NCBI GenBank assembly: GCA_902538855.1
Contig: CACBGS010000005.1
Coordinates: forward strand, 435-64,434
DNA: 64,000 nucleotides
DNA from: an uncultured Coxiella sp.
GTDB taxonomy: Bacteria; Pseudomonadota; Gammaproteobacteria; Comchoanobacterales; Comchoanobacteraceae
Direction of reading: 5' to 3'
In this document: positions 1 through 8,271 of the stretch, in pieces
Layout: each line of letters starts with the position of its first letter
Position numbering within the stretch: the stretch's first letter is position 1
The notes under the pieces: generated by a model
Seen by the model: the letters and a program-made list of their open reading frames with translations, nothing else
Told to the model about the DNA's origin: nothing
The model's database searches: none
Translations under genes and position numbers: made by a program

Positions 1-1
1 C

Positions 2-817
2 CCAGATGAAGCTGTTGCAATTGGCGCAGCAATACAAGCTGGCGTATTATCAGGTGATGTAAACGATATCTTATTACTTGATGTCACCCCACTATCATTT
101 GGTATTGAAACTATGGGTGGAGTAATGACCTCATTGATCAAGAAAAACACCACAATTCCTACCAAGGCAACCCAAGTATTCTCAACCGCTGCTGATAATC
201 AAACAGCCGTAACAGTACATGTGTTACAAGGTGAGAGAAGTATTGCTAGTCAAAATAAATCGCTTGGGGAATTTAACTTAACCGACATTCCACCAGCACC
301 ACGCGGTATGCCACAAATTGAAGTTATGTTTGATATCGATGCAAATGGTATACTCAATGTCTCAGCAAAAGATAAAGCAACTGGTAAATCTCAATCCATC
401 GTAATTAAGGCCAAAGGTGGACTTAGCGATGATGAAATCGAGAAAATGGTTCAAGACGCAGAAAAACATGCTGAAACTGATAAGCAATTCCAAGAATTAG
501 TCAACAGCTGTAATGAAGCAGAGCAACTTATCCATGCTACTAGAAAAGCAGTTAAGGAAGCAGCTGACAAGCTCACAGACGATGAGAAAAAAGGACTGGA
601 AGATGCTTGCGCCAAGCTTGAAGAAGCGGTTAAAGAAAAAGATATTAATAAAATTAATACTGAAAAAGAAAGCCTTAATCAAGCCAATGCACAACTAGCA
701 CAAAAGCTTTACAGCGCACCTGATAGTAATCAAGCAAATCCTGGCACTGAGCAAAACAGCGCAAAAAGTGACGATGTGGTTGATGCTGACTTCCAGGAAG
801 TGGATGACGATAAATAA
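2..817 (+). CDS. dnaK: Chaperone DnaK (Hsp70), C-terminal part; the 5' end lies outside the window
   Basis: The frame is open from the window edge. The translation [73 protein letters not shown] is the conserved Hsp70 substrate-binding and lid region. dnaJ follows 13 nt downstream. Confidence 0.95.
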   Translation, partial: PDEAVAIGAAIQAGVLSGDVNDILLLDVTPLSFGIETMGGVMTSLIKKNTTIPTKATQVFSTAADNQTAVTVHVLQGERSIASQNKSLGEFNLTDIPPAPRGMPQIEVMFDIDANGILNVSAKDKATGKSQSIVIKAKGGLSDDEIEKMVQDAEKHAETDKQFQELVNSCNEAEQLIHATRKAVKEAADKLTDDEKKGLEDACAKLEEAVKEKDINKINTEKESLNQANAQLAQKLYSAPDSNQANPGTEQNSAKSDDVVDADFQEVDDDK

Positions 818-830
818 TTGAGCTATTAAT

Positions 831-1952
831 ATGGACAAACAAGACTACTACGCCACTCTAGGTGTGGAAAGAAATGCCGACGCCGATACTATTAAAAAAG
901 CGTATCGGCGTAAGGCTATGAAATTCCACCCTGACAAAAACCCAGGTGATGCTGAAGCAGAAAAGAAATTCAAACTTATCAACGAAGCTTACAGTATCCT
1001 CAGTGATCCTGAAAAAAAACAAATGTATGATCAATTTGGTCATGCTGGTGTTGACGGAGCTGGTGGCGGCGGTCATGGCCATGGCGGCTTTGATTTTAAC
1101 CAAGATATATTTGGTAAAATTTTTGAAGAAGCTTTTGGCGGGAATCCATTTCAACAGTCCTCTCAACGTAGGGGTAGTGATCTAGGTTATAAAGTAAATA
1201 TTACACTTGAAGAAGCTATCCAAGGTATTGAGAAAACCATTCAATTTAGCGCCCTAACAACCTGCGATAGCTGCAATGGCAAAGGTGGCAAAAATGTCAC
1301 CACCTGTAGCTATTGTAATGGAGTAGGACAAGTTAGGATGCAACAAGGCTTTATTAGCATCCAACAAACATGCCCTAAATGTAATGGCGAAGGTAAGATT
1401 GTCAAAGACCCTTGTAGTAAATGCCATGGACAAAAACGCATTAATAAACAGAAAAAATTAGCCATTAAGATTCCACCTGGAGTAGATACTGGTAACCGCA
1501 TTCGCCTAAGTAACGAAGGCGAAGCTGGATTAGATGGCGGCCCAAATGGTGATTTATATGTTGAAATTGAAGTCAGCAAGCACAATATTTTCACTAGAGA
1601 AAACAATGATCTACATTGTGAAATCCCAATAAGCTTTACCCAAGCATGCCTTGGTGCAACTATTAATGCCCCCACTATCAATGGTGAGGTTGCATTGAAA
1701 ATCCCTGCGGAAACGCAAACAGGCGCCTGTTTCCGTTTACGTGGCAAAGGCGTGAAAAGTATTCGCAGTCATTATCCTGGTGATATTATTTGCAAAATAC
1801 AAGTTGAAACACCTATTAAATTAAATACCAAGCAAAAAGAATTACTGCATGAATTTGCTAAAAGTATTGATGCTAATAGAGATAGACATAACCCACAAGC
1901 AAATAACTGGTTCGATAAAATCAAACGCTTTGTAAAAAATATAAGCAGTTAG
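831..1952 (+). CDS. dnaJ: Co-chaperone DnaJ
   Basis: J-domain with HPD motif (KAMKFHPDKNP), a G/F-rich linker, and four CxxCxGxG zinc-finger repeats (CDSCNGKG, CSYCNGVG, CPKCNGEG, CSKCHGQK). Position is canonical, after dnaK. Confidence 0.95.
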   Translation: MDKQDYYATLGVERNADADTIKKAYRRKAMKFHPDKNPGDAEAEKKFKLINEAYSILSDPEKKQMYDQFGHAGVDGAGGGGHGHGGFDFNQDIFGKIFEEAFGGNPFQQSSQRRGSDLGYKVNITLEEAIQGIEKTIQFSALTTCDSCNGKGGKNVTTCSYCNGVGQVRMQQGFISIQQTCPKCNGEGKIVKDPCSKCHGQKRINKQKKLAIKIPPGVDTGNRIRLSNEGEAGLDGGPNGDLYVEIEVSKHNIFTRENNDLHCEIPISFTQACLGATINAPTINGEVALKIPAETQTGACFRLRGKGVKSIRSHYPGDIICKIQVETPIKLNTKQKELLHEFAKSIDANRDRHNPQANNWFDKIKRFVKNISS

Positions 1953-2206
1953 TCTGCTTGCCTTAGTTTTACTATAAGCATACAAGTGACCAGACTAAGC
2001 ACAAAAGAGTGAGTAGCCATTAAGAATACGTCCCCTACTAAAAAACCATAGGTATCCCACAATATTGCGCCCAATGCTATGTAGCATAACCAATATAAAG
2101 AAATACCCTTTGTTGATTTTGACTGGCATGTTTTTAGTAGCTGCGGAATATAAGCACAACTTGAACAAAGAGTGGCAATGCCAGCGAATATACTACTAAT
2201 AATCAT
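1949..2206 (-). CDS. SemiSWEET / PQ-loop 3-TM half-transporter (copy B)
   Basis: 85 aa with three hydrophobic helices and a PQ motif after TM1 (SSCAYIPQLLKTCQSKSTKGISL), then W..YG in TM2. Its start overlaps the upstream paralog's stop by 4 nt. Confidence 0.7.
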   Translation of the reverse strand: MIISSIFAGIATLCSSCAYIPQLLKTCQSKSTKGISLYWLCYIALGAILWDTYGFLVGDVFLMATHSFVLSLVTCMLIVKLRQAD

Positions 2207-2469
2207 CTGGTTTTTTCCTTTCTTTCATAGTAAATTTTTAAAAAAGACAGTATTGATAGTGAAACAGCTACACAAGAACCACTTATCATCAGTGGTTGAT
2301 GCTGTGTCAACAAACCATAAATAAACCAACATGAAGCACCTGTAACATGCACAATAAGCCAAGAATAGGATAAATCTTTAGCACACCTTCTTCTAAGAAC
2401 ATGTACTAATTGCGGCAAGTGCGCCGATGAAGTAACAAAAGCGGCAATATAACCAATAATAACTTCCAT
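2203..2469 (-). CDS. SemiSWEET / PQ-loop 3-TM half-transporter (copy A)
   Basis: 88 aa. IGYIAAFVTSSAHLPQLVHVLRRRCAKDLSYSW..CWFIYGLL matches the bacterial SemiSWEET pattern IGxxAAxxTxxSxxPQ...D(L/I)S...W..YG. Confidence 0.8.
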   Translation of the reverse strand: MEVIIGYIAAFVTSSAHLPQLVHVLRRRCAKDLSYSWLIVHVTGASCWFIYGLLTQHQPLMISGSCVAVSLSILSFLKIYYERKEKTR

Positions 2470-2478
2470 GAATATCCC

Positions 2479-4542
2479 CTAACCACTTTTAAACTGATTT
2501 AACGATTTTTTACTATCTAGACACTGTTTAAGCAAAGGGTGTAAACGCCATTGCTTTGCATCCTCTTTCTTATAAGCACTTATTGCACTGAATACTTTAT
2601 CTAGACCTATAGAGTCTGCGTAAAAAACAGGCCCACCTCTATAGGCAGGAAAACCATAACCATAGATATAAACCATATCAATACTACCAGCCCGAGAAAC
2701 AACGCCTTCTGCCATTATTGCTACAGCCTCATCTACTAAAGCAAGCACACAGCGCTGTACAATATCAGCATCACTAAAACTTGCTTTATCAATCCCTAAT
2801 GAATTAGCATATTCTGCAATAACATCCTTAGCCTCCACCGATGGACTTGCTGTCATAAAATCTATTTTATAATCATAAAAACCAGCATGATTTTTTTGCC
2901 CTAATCTACCAGACTTCACTAGTGCTGCAGCCAATGTATCACCAGGGATCATATGCATAGCTATCTCAAGCCCTGACATATCCGCCATTGCACAAGGCCC
3001 CATAGCAAAACCAAAGTCCATCAATGCCTTATCAATTTGTTCAGGTTGTACACCTCTTAATAATAAATATTCTACTTGCTTAAGATAACGTATAACCATA
3101 CGGTTACCTACAAAACCAGGACAGACGTTAACTACCACCGGTAATTTTTTAATATGTTTAGTAAAATCTATTGTCTGCTGCATAACATCAGCAGCACTTT
3201 TATCTGCACGCACCACTTCAACAAGCTTCATGACAGGTGCCGGACTAAAAAAATGCATACCCACAACTTGTTGCGGCCTACCAGAGGCAACTGCAAGCTC
3301 ATTAATATCTAAACCTGAAGTATTACTTGCCAAAACAGCCTCTGGCTTAGCAATCTCGCCAAGTTGTTTAAATACATCTTTCTTAACCTGCATATCTTCA
3401 AAAACCGCTTCAATTACCAGGTCCACATTGCTTAAATCGGCCATAATTGTGGATACCGATATTCTCGCAATACAGGCCTGCATTTCTTGTTTATCTATTT
3501 TCTTTTGCTTATATTGCTTATTAAAATAATTATACACAGCAGCATTGGTAGCTTCTTGACGACTGGCATCCACCTCTACCATAATTACAGTATTACCACG
3601 TTTAGCTATTGCAATTGCAATACCTGAACCCATTAAACCACCACCAACAATCCCTACAGATTGTATGGGCTTAATAGCTTGCTTTTTATCTACAAATGCC
3701 ACATGTCTCAAAAGCTGTTCCTGAAAAAAAACATATCGCAAACTGGCAGAACTAGGACCGCTTATCAACTGCATAAATACTTGTTGCTCAAAAGCAATAC
3801 CATCAACAACAGTAAGCTCACAAGCGGCCTGAACACATTCTATAATCTTTTTTGGAGCAGTAAAACCATAAGACTTTTTAGCCACTTCAGAAAAATAACG
3901 AGCAAACAAATCTTCATTATTCTCTAGATTAATTCTATGTAGTGGTATTTCAATCATAGGATTATTCTGAATAATATTTTTTAAATAATGTATACAAAAC
4001 GTATCAATAGGTTCATTAGTAAGTGTATCAACCAAACCTAAATCAAAAGCTTCTTGAGCTGTAACTGGCTTACCAGACAACATCATAGACAAAGACTTTT
4101 CTATACCCACTAACCTAGGTAGACTTTGTGTACCAGTACCTCCAGGAATGATACCTAACTTAATCTCTGGTTGACCTAACTTAGCATCAAGATGGGCAAC
4201 TCTATAATGACATAGCATTGCAAATTCAAGCCCACCACCTAAGGCATATTGATTAATACCAGCAAGCACAGGCTTTTTTGCAGCCGCTAACAGTCTATAA
4301 AAATCAACAAAGCTTTTTCCTTGTAAACCTTGAGAAAACTCTTTGATATCAGCACCCGCGCTAAATGGCAAATCCACACTTGTACAGACAATCCCTGCCA
4401 CTGAGTTATCATTTAATAACTGCTCTAAAGTAGCATGTAATTCATCACGAAAAGCAGCTGATAAAGCATTAACCGGTGGCCTATTAAAATAAACAACCGC
4501 TATACTTTCATTTTTAACTATATTTACGTATGACTTTGCCAC
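2479..4542 (-). CDS. Bifunctional enoyl-CoA hydratase / 3-hydroxyacyl-CoA dehydrogenase (FadB/FadJ-like)
   Basis: 687 aa. The N-terminal crotonase fold includes FSAGADIKEF and LGGGLEFAMLCH. The central Rossmann motif is VGIVGGGLMGSGIA, followed by a 3-HCDH C-terminal domain. GTG start. No thiolase gene is adjacent. Confidence 0.85.
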   Translation of the reverse strand: MAKSYVNIVKNESIAVVYFNRPPVNALSAAFRDELHATLEQLLNDNSVAGIVCTSVDLPFSAGADIKEFSQGLQGKSFVDFYRLLAAAKKPVLAGINQYALGGGLEFAMLCHYRVAHLDAKLGQPEIKLGIIPGGTGTQSLPRLVGIEKSLSMMLSGKPVTAQEAFDLGLVDTLTNEPIDTFCIHYLKNIIQNNPMIEIPLHRINLENNEDLFARYFSEVAKKSYGFTAPKKIIECVQAACELTVVDGIAFEQQVFMQLISGPSSASLRYVFFQEQLLRHVAFVDKKQAIKPIQSVGIVGGGLMGSGIAIAIAKRGNTVIMVEVDASRQEATNAAVYNYFNKQYKQKKIDKQEMQACIARISVSTIMADLSNVDLVIEAVFEDMQVKKDVFKQLGEIAKPEAVLASNTSGLDINELAVASGRPQQVVGMHFFSPAPVMKLVEVVRADKSAADVMQQTIDFTKHIKKLPVVVNVCPGFVGNRMVIRYLKQVEYLLLRGVQPEQIDKALMDFGFAMGPCAMADMSGLEIAMHMIPGDTLAAALVKSGRLGQKNHAGFYDYKIDFMTASPSVEAKDVIAEYANSLGIDKASFSDADIVQRCVLALVDEAVAIMAEGVVSRAGSIDMVYIYGYGFPAYRGGPVFYADSIGLDKVFSAISAYKKEDAKQWRLHPLLKQCLDSKKSLNQFKSG

Positions 4543-4717
4543 ACAAGGTACCTATACAAAGAGCAATAACTGTATAGCATAAACCAAAATAAAAAACTGG
4601 AATATTTTACAAAATATGAAATTTTGTCTTTATATAAAAAAACAGATAAAATAAGCTTGCAAATAGCAACCTATAGTTTATAGAAAAAATTATATAATTA
4701 GTAACTTTTACCCAAAA

Positions 4718-5701
4718 CTACTTAGTCACAGTTAGCAAATCAAGACTAGATTTAGCAAGTGAAAAATAGTTTCTCAGTGGAGAAGCCTTCTTAAAAGATT
4801 GCTCATATTTATCTATACAGTCAAATACAATTTCTTTATCTCTAGTAACACCTTTATAGTTTTTATTATTTTTCAAATACTGATTAAACTTAGTCAAAGC
4901 TTGCAAACTACTAGGTTGGATTATGACAGCAGGATCAGCACAACGAGATAATTTCTCCATCATCCTGCAAGTATCTATAGCTGCAGACTGTGCTAAACAC
5001 ACTTTATCATTATCAGTGCATGAATCTATAGACAATTTAAGCTCAGATATTTTTGCTAATTTATTCTTGATTGCCTTCCTATGATCTTGATGTAACTTAA
5101 AGACCCCAAAATCCATCCCCGCTGGTTTGCATAATCGCTTCACATACACAGCCAATATATTTGCTGGAAACAGAGAAATAGCTAAACTTGCAATAACAAG
5201 GGCCGGAGACATAACAGTAGCAGAACCTGTCACAAACAAAGATGGTAGGCTAAATAGTAAAAATGCAGACAATAAACTTGCAATACCGCCAGCAAAGGCA
5301 GTTGTCAGCGTCAATTCAATAATTGGGCTAATATAATTATTTTGCTTTATAATCTTGTTGAAAATCTTTACAGGAGAATGATATGACCAATTATTTGCCA
5401 TCAAATTCGAAGTTAAGCTAGATAGCAAAGACAACAAATGCATAGCAACATTTACAAACAATACAATGACGAAAAATGGCATACTTTTACCATCTCGGTT
5501 GTTAGTAGTAAACATCAAGCGTGTTAGAACATCCTCTGCGATCAAACAATAAATAAAATTCATTGACGCAAAAGAACCCACCTGTTTTTTAGAGCCCAAT
5601 GCTTTTTGCTCACCTTTACTACGTTTATTACAAGTGGCATAAAGCATCCTATACTTAGCGATACAATCTTTACTCAATTTTTTTAAATTTAACAGTGCCA
5701 T
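4718..5701 (-). CDS. Hypothetical polytopic membrane protein
   Basis: Long ORF of 327 aa with a central block of hydrophobic helices and a hydrophilic C-terminal third. I recognise no motif. Confidence 0.5.
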   Translation of the reverse strand: MALLNLKKLSKDCIAKYRMLYATCNKRSKGEQKALGSKKQVGSFASMNFIYCLIAEDVLTRLMFTTNNRDGKSMPFFVIVLFVNVAMHLLSLLSSLTSNLMANNWSYHSPVKIFNKIIKQNNYISPIIELTLTTAFAGGIASLLSAFLLFSLPSLFVTGSATVMSPALVIASLAISLFPANILAVYVKRLCKPAGMDFGVFKLHQDHRKAIKNKLAKISELKLSIDSCTDNDKVCLAQSAAIDTCRMMEKLSRCADPAVIIQPSSLQALTKFNQYLKNNKNYKGVTRDKEIVFDCIDKYEQSFKKASPLRNYFSLAKSSLDLLTVTK

Positions 5702-5768
5702 GATATAACACTCATATTTAATTACTTACACGGATTCTGACCGAAGCACTAGCATAAGTCAATACATA

Positions 5769-6536
5769 CTATGTTGCTACAACATCTGTAAAGGTTTTCT
5801 TCACAAATTTATTAAATCGACCAGCAGCATATGCTTTTAGGGACTGTTTCGCAAAAGTTTTAGCAACAGATAAACACCATGCATCATCTACCTTAGTAGC
5901 ATATGTGTTAAAAACATTTTTACTAGCTATATAAGCATCTAGCTGACATGTATCAAGGCCAGCTAAATATTCATGTACAGATGTATCAACACAGTTAGAA
6001 TACCCATGAATGAAATTAAACAATTGTGGCTGCTCTACATGCAGTTTTGCTGCATTGAGCAGCCACGCATTAACTGACGCCCCAAGCTTAGCATGTAAAT
6101 ATGGATAAATTTGACCCGGCACCAAAGCCCATTCCAATTCACTAAAAGAAACCAGTGCGCCCTCTTTAGCAACAACGTAATCACTTATAGCAAGTAAGCC
6201 AAGCCCACCCCCATAAACATTTCCCTGCATAGCAAGCACTATCCATTTATTTAATTCCGCCAAAGCAAGTAAACAACGACCAACAAGATAATTAAACTGC
6301 TCCAAACCCTGTAAGTCTCCTTGATCACATAGAGATACTAGCTCAACTAAATCTAACCCAGAACAAAAAACACTTCCTACTGCAGAGATTTTAACTACAA
6401 GCTTTTCACTTGCAGAGGCCTGATGTACACAAGCTAATAATTGCGTTAGCATTGTTGTATCAAGCGCATTCAACTTTGCAGGTCTATGCAATATAATCTC
6501 TATATATTGACTATTTTCTTTGTAAATAACAGACAT
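5769..6536 (-). CDS. Enoyl-CoA hydratase/isomerase (crotonase) family protein, LiuC-like by context
   Basis: 255 aa. Crotonase signatures include RPAKLNALD, FCSGLDL, GNVYGGGLGLLAISDY and FSELEWALVPG. It lies 2 nt downstream of the carboxyltransferase gene. Confidence 0.75.
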   Translation of the reverse strand: MSVIYKENSQYIEIILHRPAKLNALDTTMLTQLLACVHQASASEKLVVKISAVGSVFCSGLDLVELVSLCDQGDLQGLEQFNYLVGRCLLALAELNKWIVLAMQGNVYGGGLGLLAISDYVVAKEGALVSFSELEWALVPGQIYPYLHAKLGASVNAWLLNAAKLHVEQPQLFNFIHGYSNCVDTSVHEYLAGLDTCQLDAYIASKNVFNTYATKVDDAWCLSVAKTFAKQSLKAYAAGRFNKFVKKTFTDVVAT

Positions 6537-6538
6537 AA

Positions 6539-8023
6539 CTACACCCTAGACAACCCAAACCTATGCTCTGGCAAGTGCAAAGTCTTACTATGGGCGAAAA
6601 CAGATAACCAAAAAAATAAAACACTTTGCGTATCCTCAGGACGAATAATACCATCATCAAAACCTTGTGCACTAACATGTAAAGATGCCGAGCGCTTCTC
6701 GTACCGCTGAAAAAATTTATCATGCAGTGCTTTTTTCTGCTTACTAGAAAAAACCTTACCTTGTTTTTGTATTTTTTTTGCTTTGATACTAACCATAAGA
6801 TCAGCAACAACTTTTGCACCCATAACAGCAACATTGGCATTAGGCCAGGATAACACAACATCTGGAGAAAAAGAGCGACCACACATTGCATAATAACCAG
6901 CACCAAAACCTGCCCCAATTTGTAAAGTTATTTTTGGCACATCAGCATTTGACATATATTGAACTAAACGCGAACCTGCTTTAATAATACCTGCAGATTC
7001 ATATGCCCTACCCACTTGAAAACCTGTGGTATTCATCACAAACAAAAGTGGTATTTTCCTCACTGTACAACGATCTATAAACTGGCAAGTTTTATGAGCA
7101 GCATCAACATCAATAGGACCATTATTGGCAATGACCCCAAGGGCATGACCACCAATAGCACCAAAACAACATACCATATGAGTACCATATAAAGGCTTAA
7201 AAATCTGAGCATCATCATCAAGCAAAGATAACAATAACCCCATAACTGATATAGGGTGAGCATAATCAGCATCAACACACGCAAGCTTAGTTAACCAGGC
7301 CTCCTGCTTAGCAAAACGACTAGGCTTATACTTAGGCCATGTTATAGTTTGCAGATAAATACGCAGCGCCTGAACAGCTTCAGCTTCAGTTGCAACACTC
7401 TCGTCAGCTAAACCATTAGCTACATGCACATCCACACCACCTAGTAAATCAGCTGAGTTACGCTCTCCGACTGCACCAAAAACCAAGTCTGGCCCTGCAA
7501 GAAAAACATACGATTGATTCCTAATAAATATAGAGTGATCAGTAAGACCAACAAAATAGGCACCGCCAGCAGTACAAGTACCATAAACAACAGCAATAGA
7601 TGGAATAGTAGCAGCATTATGTCTAGCCATTTTTTGAAAAACACTACCCACATCTATAAAAGCAGCTGCTGGCGCATCCAGATTTAAACCTGCAGATTGT
7701 AATAGATATACAACTGGCAACTTTTGCTTATAAGCAAGATCAAGTGCTCTATGGATTAACCTAATACAAGACAAGCTCAATGCACCTGCTTTCACAGCAG
7801 GGTCATTAGCTATAATCATGCACAGACGACCTGCAATTACTGAAAGACAAACAAGAGTATTCGGCAAATCACCAACACCACTAAACGGCGAATAAAAGTA
7901 GATAAACTCACAATCATCGATACAACTTCGCACGCGACGAGCAGCGTTATCACAGGTAGATGCCACATGATCAGCAGCATATCTTTGCCACCAAACATCT
8001 GAAAAATCAATAACATTAACCAA
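6539..8023 (-). CDS. Acyl-CoA carboxylase carboxyltransferase (beta) subunit, MccB/LiuB- or PccB-like
   Basis: 494 aa. Conserved blocks include IIANDPAVKAGAL, LPVVYLLQSAGLNL, IAVVYGTCTAGGAYF, LLFVMNTTGFQVG and GAGYYAMCGR. The apparent TTG start makes the protein about 40 aa shorter at the N-terminus than typical, so the start is uncertain. Confidence 0.8.
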   Translation of the reverse strand: MVNVIDFSDVWWQRYAADHVASTCDNAARRVRSCIDDCEFIYFYSPFSGVGDLPNTLVCLSVIAGRLCMIIANDPAVKAGALSLSCIRLIHRALDLAYKQKLPVVYLLQSAGLNLDAPAAAFIDVGSVFQKMARHNAATIPSIAVVYGTCTAGGAYFVGLTDHSIFIRNQSYVFLAGPDLVFGAVGERNSADLLGGVDVHVANGLADESVATEAEAVQALRIYLQTITWPKYKPSRFAKQEAWLTKLACVDADYAHPISVMGLLLSLLDDDAQIFKPLYGTHMVCCFGAIGGHALGVIANNGPIDVDAAHKTCQFIDRCTVRKIPLLFVMNTTGFQVGRAYESAGIIKAGSRLVQYMSNADVPKITLQIGAGFGAGYYAMCGRSFSPDVVLSWPNANVAVMGAKVVADLMVSIKAKKIQKQGKVFSSKQKKALHDKFFQRYEKRSASLHVSAQGFDDGIIRPEDTQSVLFFWLSVFAHSKTLHLPEHRFGLSRV

Positions 8024-8271
8024 AAAACACCCCTAAATAATTACAAAAAACTTATCAAGAAAATACAACAAAACCCTATTTCATTACAACCCATATCCTA
8101 CACAATATATATTAATAATGAATGAAATCTGACACCTGAGTATATATTAAGGCTTACAAGGTTGACAACCAAGTCCATTAGGAGGTAAGCTGAGTTGTTT
8201 GCCACCTATGTTTGAATATTTATCCCAAGCATTATAGCCATACGTGATATTAATTCGTAAGGAGACTTTAC

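Noticed and set aside
497..1747. Several 60-145-aa ORFs inside and antisense to dnaK/dnaJ (497-694, 513-698, 858-1166, 946-1185, 1310-1747)
   Set aside because: They lie entirely within strongly supported conserved genes, in other frames or on the other strand. Their low-complexity composition is typical of shadow ORFs in AT-rich DNA.
4602..4617. AT-only palindrome ATATTTT-AC-AAAATAT upstream of the fadB-like gene (possible operator), and a nearby CTATACA..TGTATAG inverted repeat (4552-4577)
   Set aside because: In DNA this AT-rich, 7-bp A/T palindromes are expected by chance. No second copy or known operator consensus was recognised.
6511..7653. ORFs of 69-135 aa (6511-6918, 7075-7284, 7441-7653) on the same strand as the carboxyltransferase gene but out of frame, plus 6486-6710 on the + strand
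   Set aside because: They overlap a gene with clear family motifs. Their L/M/V-rich translations come from frame-shifted reading of the real gene. No independent start or RBS signals were seen.
8024..8271. Search for sigma70-like promoters and PmrA-type TTAAT direct repeats upstream of the ABC-like cluster, and likewise upstream of icmW at 55513-55700
   Set aside because: Only weak matches were found, for example TTGACA-N18-TAAGCT. No convincing tandem TTAAT(A/T)T repeats were present, so this is not strong enough to report as regulatory sites.
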